Part shown: positions 31,526 through 41,246 of the stretch, in pieces
Layout of the letters: every line of letters begins with the position of its first letter
Position numbering within the stretch: position 1 is the first letter of the stretch
Source of the DNA: an uncultured Nitrososphaeraceae archaeon
Lineage (GTDB): Archaea; Thermoproteota; Nitrososphaeria; Nitrososphaerales; Nitrososphaeraceae
Assembly: GCA_964439995.1 (NCBI GenBank)
Contig: CAYTQD010000002.1
Location: forward strand, 1,567 to 65,566
Reading direction: 5' to 3'
Length of the DNA: 64,000 nt
Notes under the pieces: model-generated
The model's database searches: none
What the model was told of the DNA's origin: nothing
The model's input: only the letters and a program-made list of their open reading frames with translations
Program-made: the position numbers and the translations under genes

Positions 31526-34500
31526 TCATGCCAAGCTTCTATAAGGTTTCAAGTAATCTACGGTAGGTTGAGATGAGGTGAGCCACTCAAGTGTCTTTAG
31601 AAATGAGGATGCTCCTTCTATGGTAGTCAAAACAGGAACTCCCAATTCAACTGCCTTTCTCCTTATCAAGTACTCATCATAAAGCATTCCTACGTATTTT
31701 TCCATTGTAGACGTCGCGGGAATGTTAATTATGAAGTCAATTTTGCGTTCAAAAAGCAGGTCAGTAATGTTAGGTTTTCTGTCAGGCTCACTTATCTTAT
31801 AGACTTTCTTTACCGGTTTAACAAGGCTAGATTCTAGGAATTCAGCAGTATGCTCAGTTGCGCTAATACTAAACCCTAATGATGAAATAAGTGAAATTAG
31901 AGGCCTAATTCTGAGTTTATTTTTCTGTCCTCCAATACTGATTAGGGCAGAACCTGATAGGGGAAGCGAATAGCCTGCTGCCAGATAGGCCTTAGAAAGG
32001 GCATCATAAAAACTATTGCCAAAGCAGGCTACCTCTCCAGTAGATTGCATTTCTACTCCGAGGACAATGTCCGCACCCTCTAACTGCATAAAAGAAAACT
32101 GGGGGACTTTTATTCCAAAGGCTGTCGTCTTAAGCCATAAATCCCTAGCGGAATCGGGAAGACTTTTGCCCAACATAGCTCTTGCGGAAAGGCCTATTAA
32201 GTTTGCTTCAATAAACTTTGAAACAAACGGCATAGATCTGGATGCTCTCACATTGGCCTCGATAACAAATACTTCCTCATTTTTGACCAGATATTGAATG
32301 TTGTATGGGCCTAGAATATTTAGGGCGGTTCCTATTTTTGCTGAATATTCTTTAATAGTCTCCAAGGTTTTTCTGTCCTGCTTCCAAGGTGGGATACACA
32401 TTATCGCGTCACCAGAGTGAATTCCAGCATTGTCTATGTGTTCAATAATCGATCCAACAATGACACCATCCTTTCCTGATACTGCATCTACCTCCACCTC
32501 AGCAGCTTCCTGGATGAATTTACTTATCACAATCGGGTATTGAGGGCTGATACTCGTTGCAGTTCTCAAGTACTGCTCTAATTGATCCTTTCCCCAAATC
32601 ACCTTCATTGCCGCTCCACTGAGGACATACGAAGGCCTGACCATAACCGGGTATCCTACACCTTCCGAGAATTTCTCTGCCTCTCTTACATCAGAAAATC
32701 TTTTCCAAGCTGGCTGTCTTATATTAAGTGTATCTAGAAGTTTTCCAAATTTTGCACGGTCTTCGGCACTATCAACGTCTTCGCTCCTGGTCCCTACTAT
32801 TTTGACTTTCGTGCTAGCCAGTTTGGGAGTGAGATTATTTGCAGTCTGTCCCCCCACACATGTAACTATTCCATAAGCCTTCTCTCTTTCATATATATCG
32901 AGCACTCGTTCAAAGGTTAACTCTTCGAAATAGAGCCGGTCTGAAATGTCATAGTCGGTTGAAACGGTTTCTGGATTACAATTAATTACAGATACATTGT
33001 CGATCCCATTTTCTTTAAGACTCCATACCATGTTGACGGTTGCCCAATCGAATTCTACACTGCTCCCGATCCTATATGGGCCAGCTCCTACAACAATTAT
33101 GCTCTTCTCCTCCTTTTCGAATTCAATATCGTCACCATCACCGTTGTAGGTCATATAGAGGTAGTTAGTCTTGGCGGGCCACTCAGCAGCAAGCGTGTCT
33201 ATCTGTTTGACCACCGGTCTTATTCCAAATTTGTCTCTTAAGCTTCTCACCTGGTTCTCATCAATATTCATACATTCGGCGATTTGTTTATCGGAGAAAC
33301 CATTTTTTTTGGCCTCGATAATTAGCGATTCATCGAATCTTGTGGTGCGAAGACGATTTTCTATTTTTATGATATGATTAATACAAAATAAGAACCACGG
33401 GTCAATATGGGATAGCTGGCTTACTCTAGAAACGGTGACTCCAGCCTTTAACGCCCTAAAAACTGTAAACATTATACCGTCATTTGGCTGAAGGAGAGAT
33501 TGCTCGATTTTTTCTATATCCTCAGGGGAGTATGTTTCATTAATTTCGTCAGTAGATGTAAGTCCGTTACTTTCTATATCGCACATTCGAATTGCTTTCT
33601 GTATTACCTCTTCAAAATTTCTTCCTATGGCCATTACCTCCCCTACCGATTTCATTGTACTGCCTAGCCTGCGTTTAACATTCTCAAATTTTTGAAAATC
33701 CCAACGAGGCATCTTCAAAGTAATATAATCAAGAGAGGGTTCAAAGCAGGCAGTGGTTATTTTAGTTATTCTATTAACGAGCTCTGGAAGTGAGTACCCA
33801 AGACCAATCTTTGCTGCCATGTATGCTAGCGGGTAACCAGTAGCTTTACTAGCCAAAGCAGAAGATCTGGACAGTCTAGCGTTGATTTCAATAGCACAGT
33901 ATTGATCGGAAGAGGGTTCTAACCCGAACTGAATATTGCATTCCCCAACTATATCACAATGCGCGGTAGCCCTCTGGGCTGCAGAGCGAAGCATTTGATA
34001 CTCAGTATTGTTGAGAGTTTGAGACGGAGTTACTACAATATTGTCACCCGTATGGACTTGCATCGCAAGCACGTTTTCCATATTACAAATCACCACATTG
34101 TTTCCACGACTGTCACGCATCAACTCGTATTCGATCTGCTTCCAGTTTCCGACATATTTTTCAATTAATACCTGATGTACAACACTTAGTGACAATCCAC
34201 GCTGTACAATCTCCTCTAATTCGTACTCGTTGTGAGCTAAGCCGCTGCCTTTTCCGCCGAGTGTGTAGGCGACACGAATCATGACTGGAAAACCTATTTC
34301 CTTAGCTGTCTTCCTAGCCTCGGATGTAGAATACGCCGGAGAACTGGGCAAGACAGGAACACTACTCCTCTGCATAGCATCCTTGAATAGTCGCCTATCC
34401 TCTGTAATTCTGATCCCGTTGATTTGTGTACCTAAAACTTTTATTCCGTATTTATCTAGTATACCTTGACTCTCTAAGGACACTCCACAGTTGAGAGCGG

Positions 34501-34802
34501 TCTGTCCTCCAAAACTTAGCATTATAGAATCCGGTCTCTCTTTTTCTATGACTTTTTGTACATATGATAGGTTCACTGGTAGCAGGTACACCCTATCAGC
34601 AAATCTGCTGTCAGTTTGGATTGTGGCTATATTGGGGTTTATTAATACGCTTCTGACGTCATCCTCCCTCAGAGCTTTGAGGCACTGTGAACCAGAGTAG
34701 TCGAATTGGCGGTCAGTTCTAGTGACTTTCGCCCGCTTCTCCGATTTTAATAGCGCCGCTCCCGATAACGAGGACCTTTTTTATGGATTCATGTTTGGGC
34801 AA
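31526..34802 (-). CDS. carB: Carbamoyl-phosphate synthase large subunit, two exons: join(34802..34728, 34705..31526), 1084 aa after splicing
   Basis: Exon 1: TTG start with GGAGG SD, MPKHESIKKVLVIGSGAIKIGEAGE. Exon 2: FDYSGSQCLKAL..NPNIATIQTD, two ATP-grasp domains and MGS domain. Confidence 0.95.
34706..34727 (-). other. Candidate 22-nt bulge-helix-bulge mRNA intron in carB
   Basis: mRNA GGCG-AA^A-GUCA-CUAGAAC-UGAC-CGCC-AA^UUC; removal gives GGC GAA UUC GAC (GEFD). Confidence 0.85.
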
Positions 34803-35970
34803 TTTTTCCTCCGTTCTTTGATCTAGGTTTTTTTATAGTCTCACTGCTGATCTCAATTAATTCTCTAAACTTATCAAACACAAATTCACAGTCATACGGA
34901 CCTGGAGAAGCCTCAGGATGAAATTGAACCGCAAGAATTGGCTTCTTCTCATGCTGTATTCCTTCTACTGAAGTATCATCAATATTTGAAAACCAAGTTC
35001 TAAATCCGGTCCCCTTTAAGCTCTCAGGATTAATTCCATAACCGTGGTTCTGCGTTGTGATATAAGTTTGTCCACTATTCAAGTCTTTACACGGTTTGTT
35101 CTGTGCCCTATGTCCAAATTTCAATTTGAAGGTGTTTGCACCGGCAGCCAGGGCTAGTATCTGATTTCCAAGACATATGCCCAGCGTGGGAGTAGAGGTA
35201 TCAATTAACTTGGCTGCAGTCTTGATTGTCTCTACGCAATAGGTAGGATTCCCCGGACCATTGCTTATCACAACACCTGCAGGACTATATTTCATGATCT
35301 GCTCGAAAGTCGAATCCCAGGGAAGTATTACAGCGCTGTAACCGGCATTTAATACGTTCCGGATTATGCTATATTTGGTACCCGTATCTAGAATCACAAT
35401 ACAACGATCCACTGCAGCCCTGTAATGACGTGCACCAGGCACTGAGACCTCTTCCATAAAATTTCTTCCCTCATAATTTTCGTTATCAATAAGTTGTAGT
35501 AGTATTGATTCGTCTGTTATACGATTCTTAGAGACAGACAAGGCCCCCATCATCACTCCTCTGACTCTCAATTTCTTCGTAAGTTCTCTTGTGTCAATTC
35601 CATACATTCCAGGAATTCTCTCCTCATATAACCACTGGTCCAATGTTTTGATGCAGGCCCAGTGACTAGCTACACTTGACAAATTATTAATCAACATGCC
35701 TTTGGCTTGGATCTTGTCAGATTCAAAGTATTTTGGAAGACCATGGGAATCCTGTATTTTCTTGCTAGGAACCCCGTAATTTCCAATTAACGGATAGGTC
35801 ATACAGATGATCTGGCCCCTATAGGACGGATCAGATAACGTTTCTATATATCCAACCATGCCCGTATTGAAGACCACTTCACCCGCGGTATCCCGAGGAT
35901 ATCCGAACCCAATGCCTGAAAAAGAACTACCGTCGTCAAGCAATAGTCTCGCTTTGTAGCCACTATACAA
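34789..35970 (-). CDS. carA: Carbamoyl-phosphate synthase small subunit
   Basis: GEVVFNTGMVGY, DPSY, SNGPG, GICLG, QNHG and QFHPE motifs. Confidence 0.97.
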   Translation of the reverse strand: MYSGYKARLLLDDGSSFSGIGFGYPRDTAGEVVFNTGMVGYIETLSDPSYRGQIICMTYPLIGNYGVPSKKIQDSHGLPKYFESDKIQAKGMLINNLSSVASHWACIKTLDQWLYEERIPGMYGIDTRELTKKLRVRGVMMGALSVSKNRITDESILLQLIDNENYEGRNFMEEVSVPGARHYRAAVDRCIVILDTGTKYSIIRNVLNAGYSAVILPWDSTFEQIMKYSPAGVVISNGPGNPTYCVETIKTAAKLIDTSTPTLGICLGNQILALAAGANTFKLKFGHRAQNKPCKDLNSGQTYITTQNHGYGINPESLKGTGFRTWFSNIDDTSVEGIQHEKKPILAVQFHPEASPGPYDCEFVFDKFRELIEISSETIKKPRSKNGGKIAQT

Positions 35971-36063
35971 TTTTTCTAATGTCGGAATTTTAAACCCTAA
36001 AAAATTATCTGTCGATGGAAATTTAAGTGTTACACCCTACATTTTGGGATGTATGTTCAGACA

Positions 36064-36555
36064 TCACTTTAACCAATCAGCAGGTATATTTTGATACACC
36101 CCATTTGGTAAAACTCTTCTAATTGAAATCGGTAGAGCCTTGGCATCTAATTCCATACAAGCCAGGGTCACAGAATCTTTAGCTTGACCAAGGATTTCGA
36201 CCAATGCAGGTGCACCTAAGGACAGCTGCAACGACCTTGCCCCTGTTATCCTTGCTCTTTCAAATCTAGTAAGAAAGGGGGGTCCTACTAAAACTTGCTT
36301 ACCGCTAGGAACTATTTCTCTGACCCGGAAATCAATTTCGTCGTATGTGACAACTTCGTCCTGCAGTCTAGGCGTCTTTTCTTCTTCCATCTTAGCAGGG
36401 CTACTGGATGCTTTTTTGAAACCAGCTCTGCTCTTGTTCAAGGTGACTTTCTTGGCAGGTTTTGGTTTGTATTGTGTGGCTTTCTTGGCAGGTTTTGGTT
36501 TGTATTGTGTGGACTTCTTGTGGGAACTAGTACTACTTGAAGATTTTACTACCAA
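36064..36555 (-). CDS. rpo6: RNA polymerase subunit Rpo6 (K) with basic N-terminal extension (start 36555 or 36561)
   Basis: LTRFERARI.GAR.LQL..GAP and LPISIRR motifs. Confidence 0.93.
   Translation of the reverse strand: MVVKSSSSTSSHKKSTQYKPKPAKKATQYKPKPAKKVTLNKSRAGFKKASSSPAKMEEEKTPRLQDEVVTYDEIDFRVREIVPSGKQVLVGPPFLTRFERARITGARSLQLSLGAPALVEILGQAKDSVTLACMELDAKALPISIRRVLPNGVYQNIPADWLK
36447..36512. repeat. Perfect 33-bp tandem duplication in rpo6
   Basis: ctttcttggcaggttttggtttgtattgtgtgg occurs twice; encodes TQYKPKPAKK twice. Confidence 0.95.
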
Positions 36556-36671
36556 GAACACTGCAAAAGGTAATAAATATATAATTAAATGTTGCGAATT
36601 TTACAAATAACACTTAGGCCGTTTTAATTTATATCTTAGTATTATTTCTCATAATTCGCCGGAGTGCAATC

Positions 36672-37052
36672 ATGATCGCATCAAGTTCGGTTTCCAGAAT
36701 TAAGGTAATTCTTGAAATTTTGGGCAAAGGCGTGGCGAAGGGCGTAATAGTGCGTCATTTGTCACCACTGACCTCTTCAGTACTACTAAACTCCTTGCCA
36801 ATCCAGAAAAGGGCAAACAAGTTTAAGGATAGATTTGTATATATCGAAACGGAGTTAGACCTTGGACGCGAAAAGCAGAGAACGTACTTTAAAAAGGGTG
36901 AATTGGCGTTCATGACTTTTCATGGTTCGATATGCGTGTTTCTCAATGAGACCGTATCTACACCTATGAATCCAGTTGGGCTAATAACAGACAATCTAAA
37001 GCTGCTAGAAATGCTAGAACAAGGAGACTTGCTTGCTATAAGGCGTGATTAA
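36672..37052 (+). CDS. Cyclophilin-like fold protein
   Basis: RHLSPLT..LP, F.KGELAF, SICVF and MNPVG pattern. Confidence 0.75.
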   Translation: MIASSSVSRIKVILEILGKGVAKGVIVRHLSPLTSSVLLNSLPIQKRANKFKDRFVYIETELDLGREKQRTYFKKGELAFMTFHGSICVFLNETVSTPMNPVGLITDNLKLLEMLEQGDLLAIRRD

Positions 37053-37102
37053 GTCTCAACTTTCAGAGCTCAAACGTAACTAGCTCTTTCAAATGATGAC
37101 TG

Positions 37103-37429
37103 CTATTCTTGTTTAATTAATTTGTAGACTCTATGGCCGCTGTATCCGCCAACTCTAGTTAACACCCCTTTTGATTCTAATGATTGTATAAAGTCGTTTG
37201 CTACAGATACTTTAACACCAGAGGTCCTCGCGAAGGCTTGCGCCGTAATCGACCTCATATTTTGAAGAGTTTTTCTACCCAGAGAATCTTCCACATAAAC
37301 GGCAAGACTTTGTTTTTGCCTTCCTCTATCTTCTGACTTGGTACGTTCTTCTCTCCGTTCCTTCTTTTTTTCTTCTCCTGATGACGCAGATTTTTCTGAT
37401 GTGCTGGACCTGTTCCTGCTTGCTCCCAT
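37103..37429 (-). CDS. rps25e: 30S ribosomal protein S25e-like protein
   Basis: Basic N-terminus; winged-helix core ITAQAFAR..GVKVSVAN...L..KG...GGYSGH.VY. Confidence 0.8.
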   Translation of the reverse strand: MGASRNRSSTSEKSASSGEEKKKERREERTKSEDRGRQKQSLAVYVEDSLGRKTLQNMRSITAQAFARTSGVKVSVANDFIQSLESKGVLTRVGGYSGHRVYKLIKQE

Positions 37430-37589
37430 CTAGGAATATTGACTCCACCCCAATTTATATTATATATACAGTCGATAGAATAAGCATAAGCGCGACTGGC
37501 GCTAGGAAGCCGGATAACCCTAAAAAGCGGGGAGGTGAAAAAATCAGTTAGATGGCCTTCAACATATCACTTTTAAATAGGTTTCCGAG

Positions 37590-38393
37590 ATGATATGTAT
37601 GGTCATAGGTAGGGAGATTCGACTGAATCGAATAATGAAGGGTGGGAAGATGCTCTGTATACCTATGGATCATGGGATTAGTAATGGACCAATTAAGGGA
37701 ATAGAAAATCCTCAATCTTTGATCTATAAATGTGAACCTGCGGGTCTAACGTGTGTTCTAGTAAATAAGGGTATCATAAAGGCCATGCCAAAACCAATCG
37801 GGATTGGCTTGATAGCCCATATGTCGGCTAGTACTTCACTTGCTTTATCTCCTAATAAGAAGGTCCTTATGGGGCGAGTAGAGGAATCGATAAGACTTGG
37901 GGCTGATGCCGTATCTGTTCATGTGAACGTAGGAGCAAAAGAAGAACCGGACATGTTACATGATTTAGGACTCGTTTCAGACGAATGCACTGAGTGGAGC
38001 GTTCCACTGGTTGCAATGATGTATCCAAGAGGCGAGAATATTAAGGACCCACACGATGTCGAAGTAGTGGCCCACGCTGCAAGAATAGGCGGTGAAGCTG
38101 GAGCAGATATCGTGAAAGCGGTTTACACTGGTGATATTGACTCCTTTAGGAAAGTCACAAGTTCGTGTCCGGTTCCGGTGGTGATAGCAGGTGGTCCAAA
38201 GGTGAATAACGATTATGAGATTTTAGAAATGTGTGAGTCAGCGATGAAGGCAGGTGCTAAAGGTGTGACCTTCGGACGGAATATTTTTCAGCATCATAGC
38301 CCAGTTTCTATAGTTCGGGCTTTGCATAGGGTCGTCATAGATGGTGTGAGCCATGAGGACGCATTTGAGGTGCTTCAACGTGCTCAAGGGTAA
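37590..38393 (+). CDS. aroA': 2-amino-3,7-dideoxy-D-threo-hept-6-ulosonate synthase (start may be 37599)
   Basis: PMDHG, GADAVSVH.N, MMYPRG, GADIVK, AGGPK and GRNIFQ motifs; next to DHQ synthase II. Confidence 0.92.
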   Translation: MICMVIGREIRLNRIMKGGKMLCIPMDHGISNGPIKGIENPQSLIYKCEPAGLTCVLVNKGIIKAMPKPIGIGLIAHMSASTSLALSPNKKVLMGRVEESIRLGADAVSVHVNVGAKEEPDMLHDLGLVSDECTEWSVPLVAMMYPRGENIKDPHDVEVVAHAARIGGEAGADIVKAVYTGDIDSFRKVTSSCPVPVVIAGGPKVNNDYEILEMCESAMKAGAKGVTFGRNIFQHHSPVSIVRALHRVVIDGVSHEDAFEVLQRAQG

Positions 38394-39441
38394 AACGCTA
38401 GTCGTCAAACCTGCAAGATCGATCACTGACATCCAATCGTTCCTCTCAAGCCTAAAAAAGCGGAACGTGAGGCAATTGTATTTAGACCCAAAGCTTGTTA
38501 AATCTCAAGACTTTAAGACAATCTACCCTTCACATGAAGCCAATGTCGTCATATGCGAAACCATTGAAGAGCTGCAAAGATTAAGATCTATGAAGAAATC
38601 ATGCGGATTCGCAAAGAAGGTATATAACAATGAAGATTTAGAAGAAATCGTTAGAGCATCTTCCTACGGCCCAGATCTCGTGATAATTGAAACTACAGAC
38701 TGGAAAATAATTCCCTTAGAGAATATTATTGCAAGACTTCACAAATCAGGTACAAAAATATACACTACCGCAAGTAGTGTTGATGAGGTAAGAACGATGT
38801 TTGGCGTATTAGAACTAGGAACCGACGGAGTGATTTTCACCACTGAGAACGAAAATCATTTAAACGAACTAGATTTACTTCTAGATGATTTCAGCGTATC
38901 ACTTCAAGCAGCAAGAGTGGTAGAAATCAGGGATGTGGGGGCAGGAGAAAGAGTCTGTATTGACACAGCCTCAATGCTCAAGAAAGGAGAAGGAATACTT
39001 GTTGGTAGTAGAGCAAACTTCCTTTTTCTAATTCATAACGAGTCTGTGGGCTCATCATTTACATCACCACGTCCATTCAGGGTAAATGCAGGCGCAGTTC
39101 ACTGCTATACACTTCTGCCCGACAGTAAGACTAAGTATCTTTCGGAAGTCGAGTCAGGTGCCGAAGTTCTGATAGTTGACATCGAAGGATCATCACGGCA
39201 AGTGACTGTAGGACGATCAAAGATTGAAACCCGCCCTTTACGCTGGATAAAAGCTGAATTGGATGGTGAACAAGGCAGTATTATCGTCCAAAACGCGGAA
39301 ACAATACGAGTAGTTACTAAGGAAGGAACATTGGTATCGGTAACGGATCTCAACATTGGTGATGAGATCTTGGCTCATATTTCCCAACGCTCTGGCCGCC
39401 ATTTTGGAATGGAGGTTGAGGAGTACATTTTAGAAAAGTAA
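38380..39441 (+). CDS. aroB': 3-dehydroquinate synthase II (GTG start after GAGGTG SD)
   Basis: DWKIIPLENIIA, RVCIDT, RPFRVNAG, QNAETIR and GRHFG motifs. Confidence 0.95.
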   Translation: MLKGKTLVVKPARSITDIQSFLSSLKKRNVRQLYLDPKLVKSQDFKTIYPSHEANVVICETIEELQRLRSMKKSCGFAKKVYNNEDLEEIVRASSYGPDLVIIETTDWKIIPLENIIARLHKSGTKIYTTASSVDEVRTMFGVLELGTDGVIFTTENENHLNELDLLLDDFSVSLQAARVVEIRDVGAGERVCIDTASMLKKGEGILVGSRANFLFLIHNESVGSSFTSPRPFRVNAGAVHCYTLLPDSKTKYLSEVESGAEVLIVDIEGSSRQVTVGRSKIETRPLRWIKAELDGEQGSIIVQNAETIRVVTKEGTLVSVTDLNIGDEILAHISQRSGRHFGMEVEEYILEK

Positions 39442-39534
39442 TGGCTCCACCTACGAGGAAAGATAATCTTTGTTTATCTGAAAGTTCAATATTTTAAAGT
39501 ATACCGAATATTCATAAGACATCAATTCATTATC

Positions 39535-40422
39535 GTGTGCCTTGATAAGGTAGACCAAATAATTACTGGAAATTGCAAGAGGGTTCTATTATGTATTCCT
39601 GCCGACTCTATCCAGTTAACTATAACTTCACCTCCGTACAGAAATGCCATAGATTATGATTTGCATGTATTGGGTAAAGGGCAATATTATCGTGGGAAAA
39701 CCAAAATCGGCACTGCAGCATATTTGGAAGAAATGTCTGAAATTTTCAATAATCACATATATAGAGCAACTAAGAAAGGGGGCTATTGTTGTATTGTAAT
39801 CGGCAACGAAGTAGTAAATGGTACCATTCTACCGTTGCCGCATATGTTACTGTCAAAAATTGTGCAACCCATGGGTAACTGGTACCTACATGAGGAAATT
39901 ATCTGGCACAAAGTTACTGGTGGAACTAATAGGTACGGCTCGTTTGTCATCAATCCTTATCCAAAATATTATAGAGCAAATATCATGCACGAATTTGTAC
40001 TGGTGCTGAGGAAAGGTGACGTAACCAGCGGAAGGACAAATAAAAGTGAAATGTTACCTGCCACTCACGAGGAGTGGACGAAAGAAATAGCAAATTCTGT
40101 ATGGCATGTACCCCCGGTTCCCCCCGGATATATTGATCACCCATGTCCGTTCCCTGAAGAAATCCCTTATCGTCTAATGAAGTTATATTCTTATGAAAAT
40201 GATACTATACTAGATCCATTTAACGGAAGTGGACAAACCACTAAAGTCGCCTTTCATTTTCGTCGGCACTATATCGGCATTGAAGTAATGGAACGCTACA
40301 ATAGATTAGCTTTATGTAGGCTTGCAAAAGAGAAGGTTCACATAAGACCTGAGGCATTAATTGCAAAGTGGAAAAAAATCCCGTCTCATTACGTATATAA
40401 AAACTCAAACCTAGGTGCTTGA
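39535..40422 (+). CDS. Orphan beta-class N4-C/N6-A DNA methyltransferase
   Basis: TSPPY (motif IV) precedes HPCPFP and DPFNGSGQT (motif I). Confidence 0.92.
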   Translation: MCLDKVDQIITGNCKRVLLCIPADSIQLTITSPPYRNAIDYDLHVLGKGQYYRGKTKIGTAAYLEEMSEIFNNHIYRATKKGGYCCIVIGNEVVNGTILPLPHMLLSKIVQPMGNWYLHEEIIWHKVTGGTNRYGSFVINPYPKYYRANIMHEFVLVLRKGDVTSGRTNKSEMLPATHEEWTKEIANSVWHVPPVPPGYIDHPCPFPEEIPYRLMKLYSYENDTILDPFNGSGQTTKVAFHFRRHYIGIEVMERYNRLALCRLAKEKVHIRPEALIAKWKKIPSHYVYKNSNLGA

Positions 40423-40544
40423 ATTTAGTCTTGTCTGGCCTAGTTGTTGTACCTACGTCATCATCCCGATATCCGATAACCTTATCACCAAGGTCGCAAT
40501 ACTGACTCGAGTATTTTATAAACGGCCTGAAGCAAGGACATCTG

Positions 40545-41246
40545 TTGATGAGAATTTGTGGATCAATAGGTGAGGTAAATGTTGAGGCTTTAAGAAGCCA
40601 AATTCGAAACGCTTTTTCTTACGGGGCAGACTATATAGAGATTCGTTTTGACTATCTAAGTAGATCAGATATTGAACGTGCGATAAGAATGGCAGAATCA
40701 ACAAAGGCTAGAGCAATATATACATTAAGGTCGACACGAGAAGCAGGCAGATTCGAGGGAAGCGAAAATGAAAGAATTGATTTTCTAAAAAGGTTGTGTT
40801 TGGCTGGTCCAATGCTTCTTGACGTCGAATATTCTACTGTCAAAGAAAACGATAACTTGGCAGATTTCTTGGTGAGTCAACGAACACCTATTCTCATATC
40901 TTGGCATGATTTCAAATGCACTCCTTCAAATACTCGATTACGGGATGTGCTAAATGGAATGAGGATGTATAGTAATTATGCAAAAATAGTAACAACAGCC
41001 AATGACACTCAAGACGCTTTCCGAGTACTCGATCTTTATGAAGGTATTACAGGATTCAAGTTAATTGCCTTTGCTATGGGTGAGTTTGGTGTCATATCTA
41101 GAATCCTCTGTGCAATAGCAGGCAATGCTCCATTCACTTACGCGACAGTAAACAGGCATACCGCGCCAGGCCAATTGGACCTTGCCCAGATGAGACGGCT
41201 GTTCGATAGAATCGACGTCTTTTGTAACCCTAAACCAAATGAATAG
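40545..41246 (+). CDS. aroD: Type I 3-dehydroquinate dehydratase
   Basis: EIRFD, T.R...E.G, SWHDF, AKIV, FAMG..G..SR and APGQ motifs. Confidence 0.95.
   Translation: MMRICGSIGEVNVEALRSQIRNAFSYGADYIEIRFDYLSRSDIERAIRMAESTKARAIYTLRSTREAGRFEGSENERIDFLKRLCLAGPMLLDVEYSTVKENDNLADFLVSQRTPILISWHDFKCTPSNTRLRDVLNGMRMYSNYAKIVTTANDTQDAFRVLDLYEGITGFKLIAFAMGEFGVISRILCAIAGNAPFTYATVNRHTAPGQLDLAQMRRLFDRIDVFCNPKPNE

Noticed and set aside
34592-34802. carB as a pseudogene, as starting at GTG 34591, or as a +1 frameshift with a 7-aa insertion (VTRTDRQ)
   Set aside because: Both exons are otherwise intact, a 34591 start would drop about 63 conserved residues, an insertion in GEFDYSG is implausible, and the BHB cut sites match the insert ends exactly. 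Not formally excluded without RNA data.
36447-36512. 33-bp repeat as a CRISPR repeat
   Set aside because: The copies are adjacent with no spacer, lie in frame within rpo6, and no cas genes are present
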